Shown: piece after piece, positions 36,748-49,949 of the stretch
How positions within the stretch are numbered: position 1 is the first letter of the stretch
Layout of the letters: the number at the start of each line of letters is the position of its first letter
Assembly: GCF_018977255.1 (NCBI RefSeq)
Contig: NW_024704743.1
Span: 110,982,001-111,046,000, forward strand
DNA from: Callorhinchus milii
Lineage: Eukaryota
Direction: 5' to 3'
DNA length: 64,000 nucleotides
Notes under the pieces: model-generated
The model's input: only the letters and a program-made list of their open reading frames with translations
The model's database searches: none
What the model was told of the DNA's origin: nothing
Made by a program: the position numbers and the translations under genes

Positions 36748-37140
36748 TACACTAAATCCCCTGCTAGCCGGTCCAATGGGGGTGGTCCAGTTCGGCAACC
36801 TGGAATTTCCGGCTAAGTGTAATTACAATGCCACTACTGGCGTTTTGGGGTGCAGTCTTTATTCAGTGCCGCAAAATGCCGGTACCATCATTGTAATTGT
36901 TTGAAACTTGCAAGCAGACGATAGCTCGTGAGATTTAAACTGAATCAAAGTCCATATCCCTGGGCAATGAAAGCCAGCAAGCTCGGTGAGGCGGAGCAAT
37001 GGGAGAGTTAGGCTGGCGGGAATCTACACGTTCGTGGGTCCGCTGAAGTATTAAATTTGTTTTCGCTTTTGTGGCCCATTCTAGTTCAATATGAATTCCA
37101 GATAACTGGAGTCCAGTAAGCCAGACTCACATTTACTGTA
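36748..37140. mobile_element. Candidate Tc1/pogo (Tigger-like) MITE
   Basis: TA|CACTAAAT ... ATTTACTG|TA ends; related partial copy at about 10180-10305. Confidence 0.5.
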
Positions 37141-37277
37141 TATGAATGTAAATTGTTATTGAACAGCTGAGGCCCATTAACACAGAATTCCACAAGTATT
37201 AGTCGAGAAGTAGTAGTCATGTCACACCACAGTTGAGCCTTTAAATCCCAGTAGATTGTAAACTTTATGAATATAAT

Positions 37278-37780
37278 ATGCCTTCATTACAACCAGGCTC
37301 GACTATGCCATTGCCCTGCTTGTCGGCCTTCCCAAACTGCAGATCTTCCAGAACTTTGCAGCTCGTACCCTCTCCTGCACCAGGCTCTGTGACTCCATCA
37401 GCTCCACCTTCGCCTGGCTCCACTGGCTCCCCATCCCTCAGAGGATCGAGTTCAAAATTTTCGTCCTCACCTTCAACTCCCTCCAAGGCCTTGCCCCCTC
37501 CGACCTGCTAACCCCTTATCAACCTGTCCTCTTCCTCCGGTCAGCAGGCTCCAGCCTGCTCCGTGTCCCCCACCCGGCCTGCCCCACTATCGGTAAATGG
37601 GCCTTTAGCCTCTCTACCCCCACCCTCTGGAACTTCATCCCACATTCCTTTTGCGTTGCACACTCCGTTGCCTTCTCCCCCACCCACCCCCACACTTGGG
37701 TCCTAATTCCTGACTGTTTAGCGCCTTAGGACGTCCTCCTGACATGAAAGGCACTTTAAAAATGTAATTTTGTTTTTGTA
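37278..37780 (+). mobile_element. L2 3' fragment
   Basis: GGCTCGACTATGCC, CTCCACTGGCTCCCC, tail. Confidence 0.85.
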
Positions 37781-38239
37781 TTGTGTTAGCTCTTTTCGAG
37801 CAGTCTTCTAATAATTGCATGTTGAATTATTTTAAACTAGCTTTGTATTGAATACTTGCTTCTTTATGGCTCAGAATTCCCGAGAAAAAATTGGACATTC
37901 ACTTCTTGGTTGTTTGTAGGACATTGCTGTACGCACATTTGCCTAATCTATTTCGGTTCATATTGTTCTCCATCTAATGCCAGAAGGTTATAAAAGGCTG
38001 TAACAAAAATTCAGCATTTTAGGGAAATTTTTAAATCTTCCCAAGAAAATACCACACGATGCAAGCTAATAACTACAGTAGTGCATTCAGAGGGCATGAT
38101 ACTCCCTGAATCTCAAATGTTAGACTTAGGCTAAGAAAAATTAATTCGTATTGATTTTGTTATTTACTTTCCTAATTTTACTAATATTTTTCTTTAAATC
38201 TACAACCGGTTCAGCTCAAATAATAAAACTGGAAGGAAG

Positions 38240-38620
38240 TGATGACTTAGTTGGTAAAGACTCCATCCAGTGAGGCACTAATTCAACACAGAACATAAAG
38301 TTGTATGGTTGATAGTCTGTGCTGAGTTAGCTGAATTTAGCAATTGGGGTATTGCATTTGGCCTTAGCATGCCCAGATTTGGAAGTGCAAACATCAGCCA
38401 GTGGTCCAGCTCTTGATCTGTATCCAATGATGCCTCTGTGTGTGTGTGAACGAACGTTAGGCTTGGACAGGATCTAGCTCAGCCGTCATGCTCTCTAAGG
38501 TTGATTAGTCTGCCGACGTTCACTATCAAGGCTCACACGTGAACAATGGTACACCAGGGCGCCTGTGGAATAATACCCCGGCAAGAGTCTGCAACTTCAG
38601 GAAAAGAGAAGAGCATAAAA
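38240..38620 (+). mobile_element. Ancient SINE (AmnSINE2-like), best-preserved copy
   Basis: tRNA-like TGACTTAGTTGGTAAAG head, GTCTGTGCTGAGTTAGCTGA body, purine-rich tail. Confidence 0.65.
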
Positions 38621-39249
38621 TTGCTGTAAAATGAAACCCCTGGAAGGAACATACGGAGGTCTATTGTTAGAATGAGAATAGTTGTTTAACCTCTCGAGTG
38701 CTGAATTTCTCAAACTGGCAAAAGTGATCCTGCGCATTTTGGAATATTGCAAAATAAAACTAAGGGAAGAACGAGGAGAAGCATGGAATATTATTATGTT
38801 CATTCCATTCCATTAACATAATCTAAAGTGCTTACATTTAAAACTGATTGCCTGCTGCAATGGCCTTTATACTGCATTAGTACTGTACAATAGAGTTGCA
38901 GCAGGAAATCCAAATCGAATGGTTGCTGTGTGAGCAAGTGCAACATTTACCTGGTTCTATTTCTGCAGTTTAAGATATTATCAGGAGAAAAATACTCAGA
39001 TCAAACATCTTGATTTCCGTGATTTTTTGGAAAGTTATGTCAATACGTTCTTTCTTATTTATACATTTTTCTCATTTTTTTCAGAGTTGTGTTTGAATTT
39101 AACAAAACAAAACTTGCATTTTTAGTGTCTTCTCACATTAGGAAGACTAAAAAGACTCTTTACAGTAATTACTGTCAAGCGTAGTGCCTTTTTTTTGATG
39201 TGCATAAAACAACACGGCGGTTGTTTCAAAACAAATCAAAATGGCCAAT

Positions 39250-39326
39250 TTTTCTAGAGGATTGTTGTCCAGGACAGCAGTTCACTTTTCTAGAGGATTG
39301 TTGTCCAGGACACCAGTTCACTTTTC
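39250..39326 (+). repeat. 36-bp tandem duplication inside a minus-strand DeuSINE remnant
   Basis: TTTTCTAGAGGATTGTTGTCCAGGACA(G/C)CAGTTCAC twice. Confidence 0.9.
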
Positions 39327-41064
39327 AAATTGCATCTTGGTATCTTTGATGTCCAACTAAAGATCGAGTAAACAACTTTTCTAATGTATATTCTGAGTGG
39401 TGAAATGATGCAAATTATTTTGAGTGCCTATAGACTACACCAATGTCTCTACTACTTAGCTAATAAAAGTCCAAGTGCTAATCACCTTGCCATAGCAGTG
39501 TGGCTGAAATCAGGAGTTATGTTCAGAAGCATCCAATTTGCTGCACACTGCATTCCCTATAAAAGCAGTGCTTCTTTGCAGTAAGTTTACAGCAAGGGCT
39601 GGTCACGATGACCATAGAGATTGTCTAATCTTAGTCTGAACAGTATAATTTAAGTGTGTAGGAAGAAGACTAGTTTTATGGCAATCATCTGATGTGACCA
39701 AGAGTATGACAATTTTGGTTCCCCCAGCCTTTTCTAATTTTTAGTTTACATTGAAGTGCATCTGTTACAGCGACCACATCCCATGAGCTTCAAACTTCAA
39801 AGAAACTGTAATATACGACTCGACTTAGAATATACAGGACAGTCACAGCACAACTAAAGAAAGCTGTGACGTGTGCTGATTTACGTGCTGATTCTGTACA
39901 CTGTGCTGCAGGATACGTTGTTGAATTGCGCTTTATAGTAAGGAAGGTAGATTCTCATGCGCTGTAGCAGCATACAATTTTTGAGTTTGCCTTAATACTA
40001 CAAAGGTGCCAACTTTCAGTTGACAACGAGAGTATGTTTTGCACCTCAAGTCTTCTGGAGATAGTTAACAGTGAAAGGACTTTCATCATATACTAAGAGA
40101 GCAGGAGCAATGTCCTTTCCCAAGATTACTTTTTAATTCACTACTAAATGTGAAATACTTTTTCTAGCCTTGGAAGTAAGAGAAAAGCACCAAGCTCCAT
40201 TTTTTTAGTCAGCCAGGTGTCTGAAACATGTAGAAATCCATCACTATTCTTAAGAGTATCCAAACGAGAAATGAGTTCCACGAATCCCACTTATACATGA
40301 AAATTCCAGGGATGTTATTGGAATCAAATACACACTCTCTCCCTCAAGGGCATCCTGCTTGCCTAATTGCAGAGATTATTTAACATAGGTTGGCAAAAAT
40401 GAAGGCTTGGGGACCACAGATTGTGCTTTGGGGTCCTGCTGGAATCTAACCAGCTGAACCACATAGCTTGCCATTGAAAGCACTATCTGGCAAGCTTCCC
40501 ACTGCTTGTCCAATAAGTTCACTATACCTTTTTGGCTTGCAGGGTTAACAGGAGCTTAGTCGGAAGAATCCCTGTTCCCAGTGACTGGTCTGCCCCTCCA
40601 TGTCCTGAATATGAGCCAGGCGGGCTCATTTTATGACTAGCAATGCCATGGAGTATTGCAGACCAGCCTGGCTCAGGAACTGGACTACCGAGACCACCAC
40701 AGAGGATTGATTCAATTCTGACATTCTGTTGCCAAGCACATCACCTTGGAGCCACTTAGGTAGGATAGTCCACCTGATTTATTGTCTCATCCAAAACATG
40801 CCACCTCTGACAATGCAACACAACCCTAGCACTGCACTGAAGTGTCAGCCTGGACTGTCTGAGTCAATGACGAGTGAGCTACCAACTGAGCCAGGCTGAC
40901 ACACAATGTATATTGTAATATAGTGTTGTAAAAGGTAAAAGAGAATGAATTTACTGCTCTTATGTTTCTGAACATTGCTGAGCTTAAGTTTTAGTTTTCT
41001 ATTTTCTAGCAGCTGCTACCTCTTTGCAATCCTTAGCTGGTGGCAAATGGCTGTAATTCATTGC

Positions 41065-41390
41065 TTAACATAGAACATAAGAAAGTAGAAAATAAGAATT
41101 TGCTAGACCAAAGAAGACCAAGATCCACCAAGTTCACTTCCACTATCCTGGCAGTCCCATGCACATGCCATACCCCTAACTATATACTGTATCCCAAGAT
41201 ATTATTTCCTAAAAGAAATCTAATTTGCTTTCTGCTTTCGACCATCTCCCTAGGGAGCCTGTTCCATACATTTACTGCTTACTTACTGAATTAGTGTTCC
41301 TGCAGATTTGTTTTGAATTTACCCACCCTTCAATCGCAGGCTACGTCCTCTGGTTCTAGAGCAAGGCCAAAACATCTTTTTCAGTTGATT
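41065..41390 (-). mobile_element. CR1-like 3' end; related copy at 22705-22812
   Basis: Shared TTGCTAGAC.AAAGAAGACCAAG.TCCA...AACTATATACTGTATCCCA.ATATTATTTCCTAAA and CATAGAA/CATAAGAA tail repeats. Confidence 0.6.
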
Positions 41391-42294
41391 TTGCTGCCTA
41401 TGCAAAGGGATCAGTATCTGTTAATATTGCATTGACTATCTTTGAGCTTCGCCTGCTGTTTTCTTTTATGAGTTTGCCTTTTCTATCTTGCGAACTCTGT
41501 GGTTGCAGATAAAAAGTTCCAGGATTGACTGCCTGTCATCAGGGTGTGTGATGAGCGTTTCAAGATTTTCTTTGAGCCACTGGGTGGCGATTCCCGGTTA
41601 TAGTGAAGTGTGTGTCTCAGTGAAGGACGTGGATAAGAGGACCCCATTGCCAGCCTATTCTTTAAACCAATGGTGAATGCTCAAGATGCATTTGGGAAAT
41701 TTATTACCATAGCAAAACTACTGAGATTTATTTTATCATCACACTGACTGATACTGTGTGCAGTGTGACTTGTATGTTGGAAGCTTATTGTGGGAAGTGT
41801 CCAGTCCTGGAAACTCCCTCAATTATGCTGCTCACGTGTTCAATACTATACCTCATGTACCTCTGAAGAGACAGCAAATGACACTTTAATTTAAAATGAC
41901 CACTGATGGGACCTGTTTTAACTGTGCACACAGCTCATTAGCAGATGGATAGTGTTACGGGTCAGTGGTGTCTATCAGATCGGTGGAGGGGGTGTTGGGG
42001 GGACGCGGATGTAGGATGGATGGGTCGATTAGGTGGTAGGAAAGAAAAATCGCAGCAGCCCTGCTGGTGCCAACAGCTGAAACGTATCATCTGCTTTGAC
42101 AGCACCTTTCTGACAGGTTCTCAGGCCTAGAGTTGTGGCAGAAAGAAGCACTGCTGCTCTCATATTGGCAGCTGTGCGTTTTGGTCAGAGAACATTCAGG
42201 GTCCACTGACCTCAGCTTTATGGATTCCTAAGAATTTCTCCATGACTCGCACACAATGTCACAAAATGGTTTCTTTTTATTATCTAATGTTCTT

Positions 42295-42616
42295 TAATAA
42301 TAATAATAATAATAATCCTTGCATTTGATATAGCGCTTTTCACGTCGGGAGGACGTCCCAAAGCGCTTCACAGAACACACTGTAAAGTGAATTGACTGTA
42401 TATTTGTGGGCGAACGCGGCAGTCAATTGCGCACAGCAATGTCCCACAAACAGTCATGGATTGAAAATGACCAATTTATTATTGTTTTTTTTTGGAGGGA
42501 TTATTATTAGGTGTGTGGAGTAAGGAAACTTGCCCAAGGTTTCGCCCTGTCTGGAATTGAACTCGGGTCTCTCGCTTACAAAGCGAGTGCTCTAACCACT
42601 GAGCTACAGGACTCCA
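42295..42616 (-). mobile_element. Young full-length tRNA/Deu SINE
   Basis: Reverse complement of the 21920 copy; long (TAA)n tail. Confidence 0.92.
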
Positions 42617-45544
42617 CTCCATAATCATATTAAGATTTATTTCGCTGTAATTTTGCATCAGCATTTGCTTGTGGTCCAGAGTGCCACAGAGCAACACATC
42701 ACATCGATGGCAGATGTGCTTTCTGTGCTCATTACACTCGTGTACCAATGTTAGCAACATCGCACAGCCAGGAACTATTGAGACAAGGCAATTCATCAAA
42801 GGGAAGGAGGAAGAATCTGAGAAAATAAGTTAGCCTCAAATTGAACAGGGAAAGGATAAAATATCATAGGTTGAGAATTTTTCCAGTAATTACGGCCAAA
42901 AAATAATATATTGGTTTTCCTCATTTTTATATTTGTGCTAGAATTTATAGTTTTAAGTTACATTGATAAATATTTGCCATAGAGTTTTAATAGTTTAAAA
43001 TGAAATGCTAAGAATCAAACTGTACCTTCTCAACAGTGTAACGTTTGGTGACCAGGGGAAAATTAGAGTATTGAAGTTGCATTGTTTTACAGTCTTGAAT
43101 TTTTATGTGATGTTGTAGAATCCTATTGTGTGTAACCCATTGCTGTGAGAGTGATTGACAAAATAGCCAAGTGTGGATATGGTAACGAATGCAGAGATCC
43201 CAAATCCCTTTGGAAAAATTCAGTCCTATCTGCAAAACCAATCTTTATATTACATGGAGTTACTGGCAACAAAACTCATCTGCTGGGGAAGAACACTGGC
43301 AGAACGTAACTCTGAATAAACTTTAATGGCTCTGTGACCTACCCTCGTATTAGTCAGAAAACTGTCTATGTAAGGCATGGATACAATACTTCTCTTTACA
43401 ATGTTTCATTACTTTTACTAAATTACATTTCTTTTTATTTTATTATCCATATTTGTTTCTGTACCAGTTTTTTTTAAATTATTCTTATTTACCCTGCCTG
43501 TAGCAATTCTTTTTTTGGTTATTATTAACCAAAACCATTTTCCCTTTTGTTCCCATGGAATCTGTTGATCCCTTCCTTCTTTCAGCTGGGAGAATGTAGA
43601 ATCTCCTTATGCTCGCTATCAATATGATCAACCAGCAATGCCTTCCTTGTTCGAGCTTTCTCTGCCACTTCAGGTCCACTGTGTGATCCACCCCAACCAT
43701 CAGTGGGCGAACATTCAGCCATTCTGCCTTCTCTCTGCAACTCCATCCCAGAGTCCCACTGCCTCGACTCCTCCATCCCTACTTTCAAAGCCCACCTTAA
43801 CACTTATCTTTTTGATATGCTTTCAGCATCCTTCCTGCCCCCCCAGTCCATCCACAGCCCCCAATTCCCCCCCTCTCCATCTTCGGCTTCCAGTTAGCCT
43901 TATGAAGCACTTTGATATGTCCTCCCAATGTGAAAGGTGAGATATAAAAGTAGATTGTTGTATTGAAAAGTGAGGAAAGATGGGAAAAGTTATGCCGTAA
44001 TTCAGATTAACAACCAATCCGTGTTGATGTATTGAGTGTATTATGATGGCTGTTACACTATTGTATTCATAATATTTTTTGATGAGTGTCCAACTCATGA
44101 TGAGATGGTCTTATGGTACAGGCTCCACCTGGTGCAGCACTAGGTTTGTGTACAGCACAATGTGACCCAAGATTCAGCCCAGGCTGGCTTTATGGAATCT
44201 GCTTTGATTTTTACAGCAGTTTTACTCAGATGCTCATTAAACGACTGGGTGGGGGGGATGTGGAGAGTGCTTGTGTTGTCCATCAACAAGCTAAATCTCA
44301 CATGCACCACTTTTTTTGCTGTAGGGAAACATTTGTCTTCAGTTCTGTACCTCTCCCTGATACTCACCACAGAGAAGAGAAGCATGTTATGTGGGCAATT
44401 CTGTGTGCAAAAGTCCTAGACATTAAATTAAATCAATCCAATGTCTATTGTATTGATTTAATGCTGAAAGCTTTTACACACAGAATATGGCCTGGTATTT
44501 TGAGTGTTTAACAGTAAATGTTGTGAACACCTACAGCTACACCTACACCTACAGCCTGGATGACTTCAAAAGTTGCCGGTTCCTACGATTGCTTTGAACA
44601 TTATATAGGTTGGTGTTGAAAGCAGGTGGAAAGGATTATAACTAGTGAAATAAATTCTGTCATAGTGAGCATTCTAATGTACAAGACTACATACAGGCTG
44701 AAGTGCCATCCAAATACACTATGCTTTGAAATGTTAAAGTTTACAGCTTGTCTCACCATTCAGACTCACTTTGGTCAGTAGGAGGGGGGACTGAAATGTG
44801 GTAACACTTGTCTGATTTCACAGTCATGCACAAGATGTTATCTGCATGCAGTGGTTCCACTCTGCCCAAAAAATCCTGAGACTATGGTTCATTGCCAAAG
44901 GCACTTTCCCACCAGGAGATTAGAGGAGAGACTAAAAAGAGCCGATCTGCCTAAAATGTAAGTTGTATTGTGTATGTAGGTCACGTCATGTAAGAAAATA
45001 AGAAAGAGAAATATGTTGCAAAGTAACCAGATCTTTTTTTTCACTCGTTGATGCAGGATTGATGTAAATACAGTTGGCCACTAATTTTACCTGCTGTTGG
45101 TGATTAACCCATTGCTCTTATCAAACAAAATAACAGCTTCCATTGAATTGAATGACTCTGATGAAACGATCTCCCAGTGAGGAAAGAGGGGTTAAAGACC
45201 TTGGATTATTTGCAAAGAAAACAAACACCCAGCTCCTTTTAAAGCTTTGCAGAGATTATAGATTGATCAGCAATTTTGTTTGAAACTGAATTGTGTCATT
45301 GCTTGACAATTGGTACAGTAAATTACCCACAGATACAGTCACTGACAGTGCTTGTAAAGAGCTTTGAGACATTTCAACATTAGATGCAATAACAATGCAA
45401 ATACTTTCTAAACACAGTAGGAAGTTTGTGATCCACACTAATTGGGACAGGTCCAATGTGAATAAGGAAACAGTGCAGATAATTGGTCATCACACAAAAT
45501 ACAAAAATCTTCTGTCAGGAATTTTACTGTCATCTTGCTCTACC

Positions 45545-45765
45545 GTTCCCTTTCTCTGATTCTCAACCTTTTTTCTGTTTTTCTTTCTCACTCTTTCTCT
45601 CTCTGAGTCTTTCTTTGTGTCTTTCTTGTCTCCTTTTTTTTTCTCTGAGTCTTTAACTTTCGTACTCTAACTTTACATCTCTCTTTGACTTCTCTTTATC
45701 TTATTATTTCTCTCTCTATCTTTGACTTTTGCTCTATTTCTCTGTTTCAGATTCTCTGTATGTCT
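45545..45765 (+). repeat. Pyrimidine-rich low-complexity tract
   Basis: About 220 nt dominated by T and C. Confidence 0.8.
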
Positions 45766-45984
45766 CTAAATTGTTTATATTGTTAAATGACCACTTACCT
45801 TTATGCTGCAGTTCACAATGGTGTTAAATTGTGTTCCTAGAAACCTCTTGCACAACCATATTTTACTGGTGTTGCAGACCCATGTTCAATTCTGCAGAGA
45901 GCCTGGTGCGGATAAGTGGACCCATTGATAATCATGCATGCAGATGTGTGACCCTCTTAGGATTCAAAAGCAAGGCAGTTCTCA

Positions 45985-46655
45985 CTTCACGGTCCCTTCG
46001 CCTTGCTTCCTCCCTTGCCTCCTTCAAGGCCAGTCTCAAGACCCTTCTCTTCGATTGCTTTTGGTCGCCCTCCCACCTCTCTGTCTTCCCTTACCCCTAC
46101 ACCGCCCCTCCCCCATGCTCGGGCCCTGACACCTGACTGTTCAGCACTTTGGGACATTCTCCCGACGTGAAAGGTGCTCTATAAATGTAATTTTGTTGTT
46201 GTTCAATATGTTTCCCATTGCTTTGTCCTCATCCTCACCTACAAGGCCATTCACGGCCTTGCTCCCTCCTACCTCTCTGACCTACTATCCCCCTACTTAC
46301 CTGCTCGTACCCTCCGTTCCTCTGGCTCCAGTCTGCTCCACATCCCCCGCCCCAACCACCCTACCATCGGTGGTCGGGCCTTCAGCCTCTCAGTCCCTAG
46401 GCTCTGGAACTCTATCCCCCAGTGCCTTCGCCGCCTCCTCCCTTTCCTCCTTCAAGGCCGATCTCAAGACCTTTCTCTTTGACCGTGCCTTCAGCTCCTC
46501 TCTCGACTCTCTAACCCCTTCTCGCTCCCTCCCTTCGCTCCCCTCACCCTGACCATTTCCCCCCTGCTCGGGTCCTGACCCAACTGTACAGCGCCTTGGG
46601 ACGTCCTCCCGACGTGAAAGGCTCTCTATAAATGGAATCTTGTTGTTGTTGTTTT
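45985..46655 (+). mobile_element. Two consecutive L2 3' ends
   Basis: Tails at about 46200 and 46655; LILTYKAIHGLAPSYL...GGRAFS...LWNSIP. Confidence 0.85.
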
Positions 46656-47029
46656 TATTCTATTAAAGTTGATTAAGCCTCATAGGTCTTGCTTCAGCCA
46701 GGAGGTTTGACCCATGTTCAGTACTAAATACTGCACCAGTCTTGCTGATCAGGTTTCTAATGCTGCCTCTGTATTACAGATGGTATTCTTGCAATTTGTA
46801 TGATGGTATAAATTTTGCACAGATCAAGACCAAAAACTCCTGGATTTTGAAGAGCGACCCTCAGTGTTAATGCCTAAACTCAAGTGTCTCTCCAGTACTG
46901 CAGAATAAGAGCTACACCTGAAGCAGAATGAACTGGCCAGTGTTTATTTTTCTCTTCCTCCATTCCTCACACTCAATCCTCATTTCAGTGAGATATTTCC
47001 TAAAACTGAAAAAAATCCACAATCAGATG

Positions 47030-47358
47030 CTGGTTCACAATTCGAGGAGTTTAACCCGTAATGTCCACAATTGACCTCAGCCCCGCAGACTAAGGAAGGA
47101 AAATATCAGCCCATTCGTGATCACAATCCAAGGGATCATCCATCCAATGCTCTGCAGTAAAGTATGTTAGTGATTGGATGCCCTCTGCGCTTGAATCATT
47201 TGCCAATGCTCTCTGTCACTCAGTCAATCTCTGTCAAGCCTCACACATGAAACATAGTGTGAGCGCTTTGCATGCTGTGCTGTGGACTGGTACTCAGCCA
47301 CAAGATAGAACAGTACCCTCTGAAGAGGTGGAGGAGCAGAGAAAAGGAGAAGAATAAA
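47030..47358 (+). mobile_element. Ancient SINE (AmnSINE2-like), decayed
   Basis: CAATTGACCTCAGC...GGAAAATATCAGCC...CTCACACATGAA. Confidence 0.55.
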
Positions 47359-48459
47359 CACAATCCTTCCAGATCAAATAACATGTGTTGTATGTTTTGC
47401 TGTCCAGCCAACCTGGATCCTGTTCTAGATTTGCTCACAATGAAACCAATGCATAGACCACCTAGACATAGGACTCAAACCCATGCCAATGTATTTAGTG
47501 GATTTTAATACTTGTAGAGATGGTCACTTAGTACTTTTATTTTTTTCATTAACTTTTCTGCTTGTGTAAGACTGCTGGGCCACTTATACATCATGAACCA
47601 CACCCAGCTCAGGTACTGAATGGAGACATCAGGATAAAGCAGCCTTTTCTCGAATCTTAACAGTGTGCTTAAGAATTCCATTAAAAATGAAAAGTAAATG
47701 ATAAATTAGATTATTTTTTATCTGCTTCCCGAGTTTCCACCTGAATTAAATAGCTTTTTTTTAAATCATATATCTTTTGTTCTTAAAAGCAGGATGAGAA
47801 TAAAGTGCTGAAGTACATTTTGAATTAGACCATGCCCTTACAGCTAACACATGAGAACCAAATGCAAAGCTTTATCCATCACTGGTTTCCTCACTTTGGT
47901 TGCCAGGCTGCCGTAGGGTTTAAAACGGAGAAGAAAAGGATTACTTCAAAGTCTGAAAGTGGGATGCATAACATCTAGACTGCATCGGTTTTGAGTGACA
48001 TTAAGCTGAACTTTAAAGCCATTTAGACCTTGTGAGTTAGTTCAATGAAGAAGCAAAATGCAGTAATGAGCCCTAGTCTTGTCATTTAAATGTTGAGAAA
48101 GTTACTTATTTTCCTATTCTATCAGCCTTTTCACTACTTAATGTCCATCAACGTGTGGCTCAAACTTCAGTTAAGGCTGTGTGCACTAGAGGAGAACACA
48201 GCTTTCTGTATTAATGTCTTAGTGGGACATGAGGTGTTTTGGTATGGGAAAATAAATAACTCTCAGACTTGCTAAGAATGCTTTCCTCTGACGTCATGGT
48301 GGCGTAGCATGTTTCTGAACCTGTGCATTGTGCCATGAAGTTGTAGGACACGGATTTGCCCCATTACTCCCTAAATACCGAGTGCCTGATTTTGGCAGGG
48401 TTATTGAGGGACGGACGATTCCCTGCAAGCAAGAGGGAAAGCAATCGGGAGACCTGTTG

Positions 48460-49043
48460 CCTACTCTATGCAAACTCACTGCTTGTCGGTCTCCCCAATT
48501 CCTCCCTCCACAGGCTGAGAATCATCCAGAACTCTGCAGTCCGTGTCCTCTCCCGCACTAGGCTCCACGACCCTATCACCTCCATCCTTGCCCAACTCCA
48601 CTGGCTTCCCATCACACAGAGGATACAGTTCAAGATCCTGGTCCTCACCTTCAAAGCCCTCCACGGTCTTGCTCCCCCCACATCTCCGACCTCCTAACCC
48701 CCTATTACCCTGTTTGCTCCCTCCGCTCAGTGGACTCCAGCCTGCTTCATGTTCCCCCGCCTTGCTCGCCCCACTATTGGCGGGCGGACCTTCTGCCACT
48801 CTGCCCCACCATCTGGAACTCCATCCTGCAGTCCCTCCGTCTCGCCCCCTGCCTCTCCACCTTCAAGACCCATCTCAAGACCCTCCTCTTCGACCGTGCT
48901 TTCGATCTCCCTGCATCTCCCCCTATCCTCCACCCTCCCCCACACCGACCCCCAGCTGGGATCCGTAATTCTGTCTGTCCAGTGCCTTGGGATGTCCTCC
49001 CGACATCACCGGCGCTATACAAATGTAATTTTGTTGTTGTTGC
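48460..49043 (+). mobile_element. L2 3' fragment
   Basis: YANSLLVGLPNSSLHRL.IIQNSA...LHWLPITQRIQFKIL. Confidence 0.9.
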
Positions 49044-49393
49044 TTAGTGGTTAGAGCACTCGCATCGAGAGGACCTGGGTTCGATTCCCGGGCAGGGCAA
49101 AACGTTGGGCAAGTTTCCTTACTCCACACATCTTAGTTTACCTAGCAGTAAGTAGGAACCTAGTTGTTAGTCGATTGGCGGATCACACTTTTCCAGAGAT
49201 ACTAATTCCTTCAAAAAAAATAATAATTTGGTCACTCAATTCACGACTTTGTGGGATACTACTGTGTGCAATTGGCTGCCGCATTTCACCCACAAAATAT
49301 ACAGTCAGTTCACTTTACAGTATATTCTGTGAAGCGCTGTGAGATGTCTCAAAGATGTGATAAGGCGCTATATCAAATGCAAGGATTGTTATT
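49044..49393 (+). mobile_element. tRNA/Deu SINE, long variant
   Basis: B box GGTTCGATTCC; extra internal block at about 49130-49200; Deu 3' half and tail. Confidence 0.85.
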
Positions 49394-49949
49394 AAAGCGA
49401 CTTGGCAAGGCACTCTGGGTTGCATTTCACTTCACAGAAAACCATTGGTAGAGGTTGGGAGAAAATTGTCTCCCAACCTAGGATGTAGTGTCTAGCTGAA
49501 AACGAGAGGGGTAAATAAAATTTAAAAATGGGCATGCGAAGAATTTATTTGAATAAAAACATTTGTCTGTTGCTGGAAGGGAATATTTTATAATAATATT
49601 TTGGAATAATATTTTTGCTCTGCCTTGGATTCAGATTCAGATAACTTGAGGTTGAAGCACTTTTAAATTATGCTATTTATAATTTTTATGGTTTAGATAC
49701 CGAAGTGGTTGTTTCAGTGAGGATGCTTTCAGCGGTTATAACTGAAAACCCTATTAATATTAATATTGAGTTATTAGTTACCAGACTTGCCTGCATCCAG
49801 TCTTTACTTCATAAATTCTACTAAACCAGGTACATGAGCTGGAAGGCTCCATGTTATTGAATGTACTGAGTGTCTAAATCAGCTGTACAAACAGTTTAAT
49901 GAAAGCTTCCAAAGTTAGTCTACATGAGTTGTAACTGGAGTTGTAACTG

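Noticed and set aside
40370..40574. Possible second hAT MITE (CAGAGATT...AATCCCTG)
   Set aside because: Weak TIR match and no 8-bp TSD
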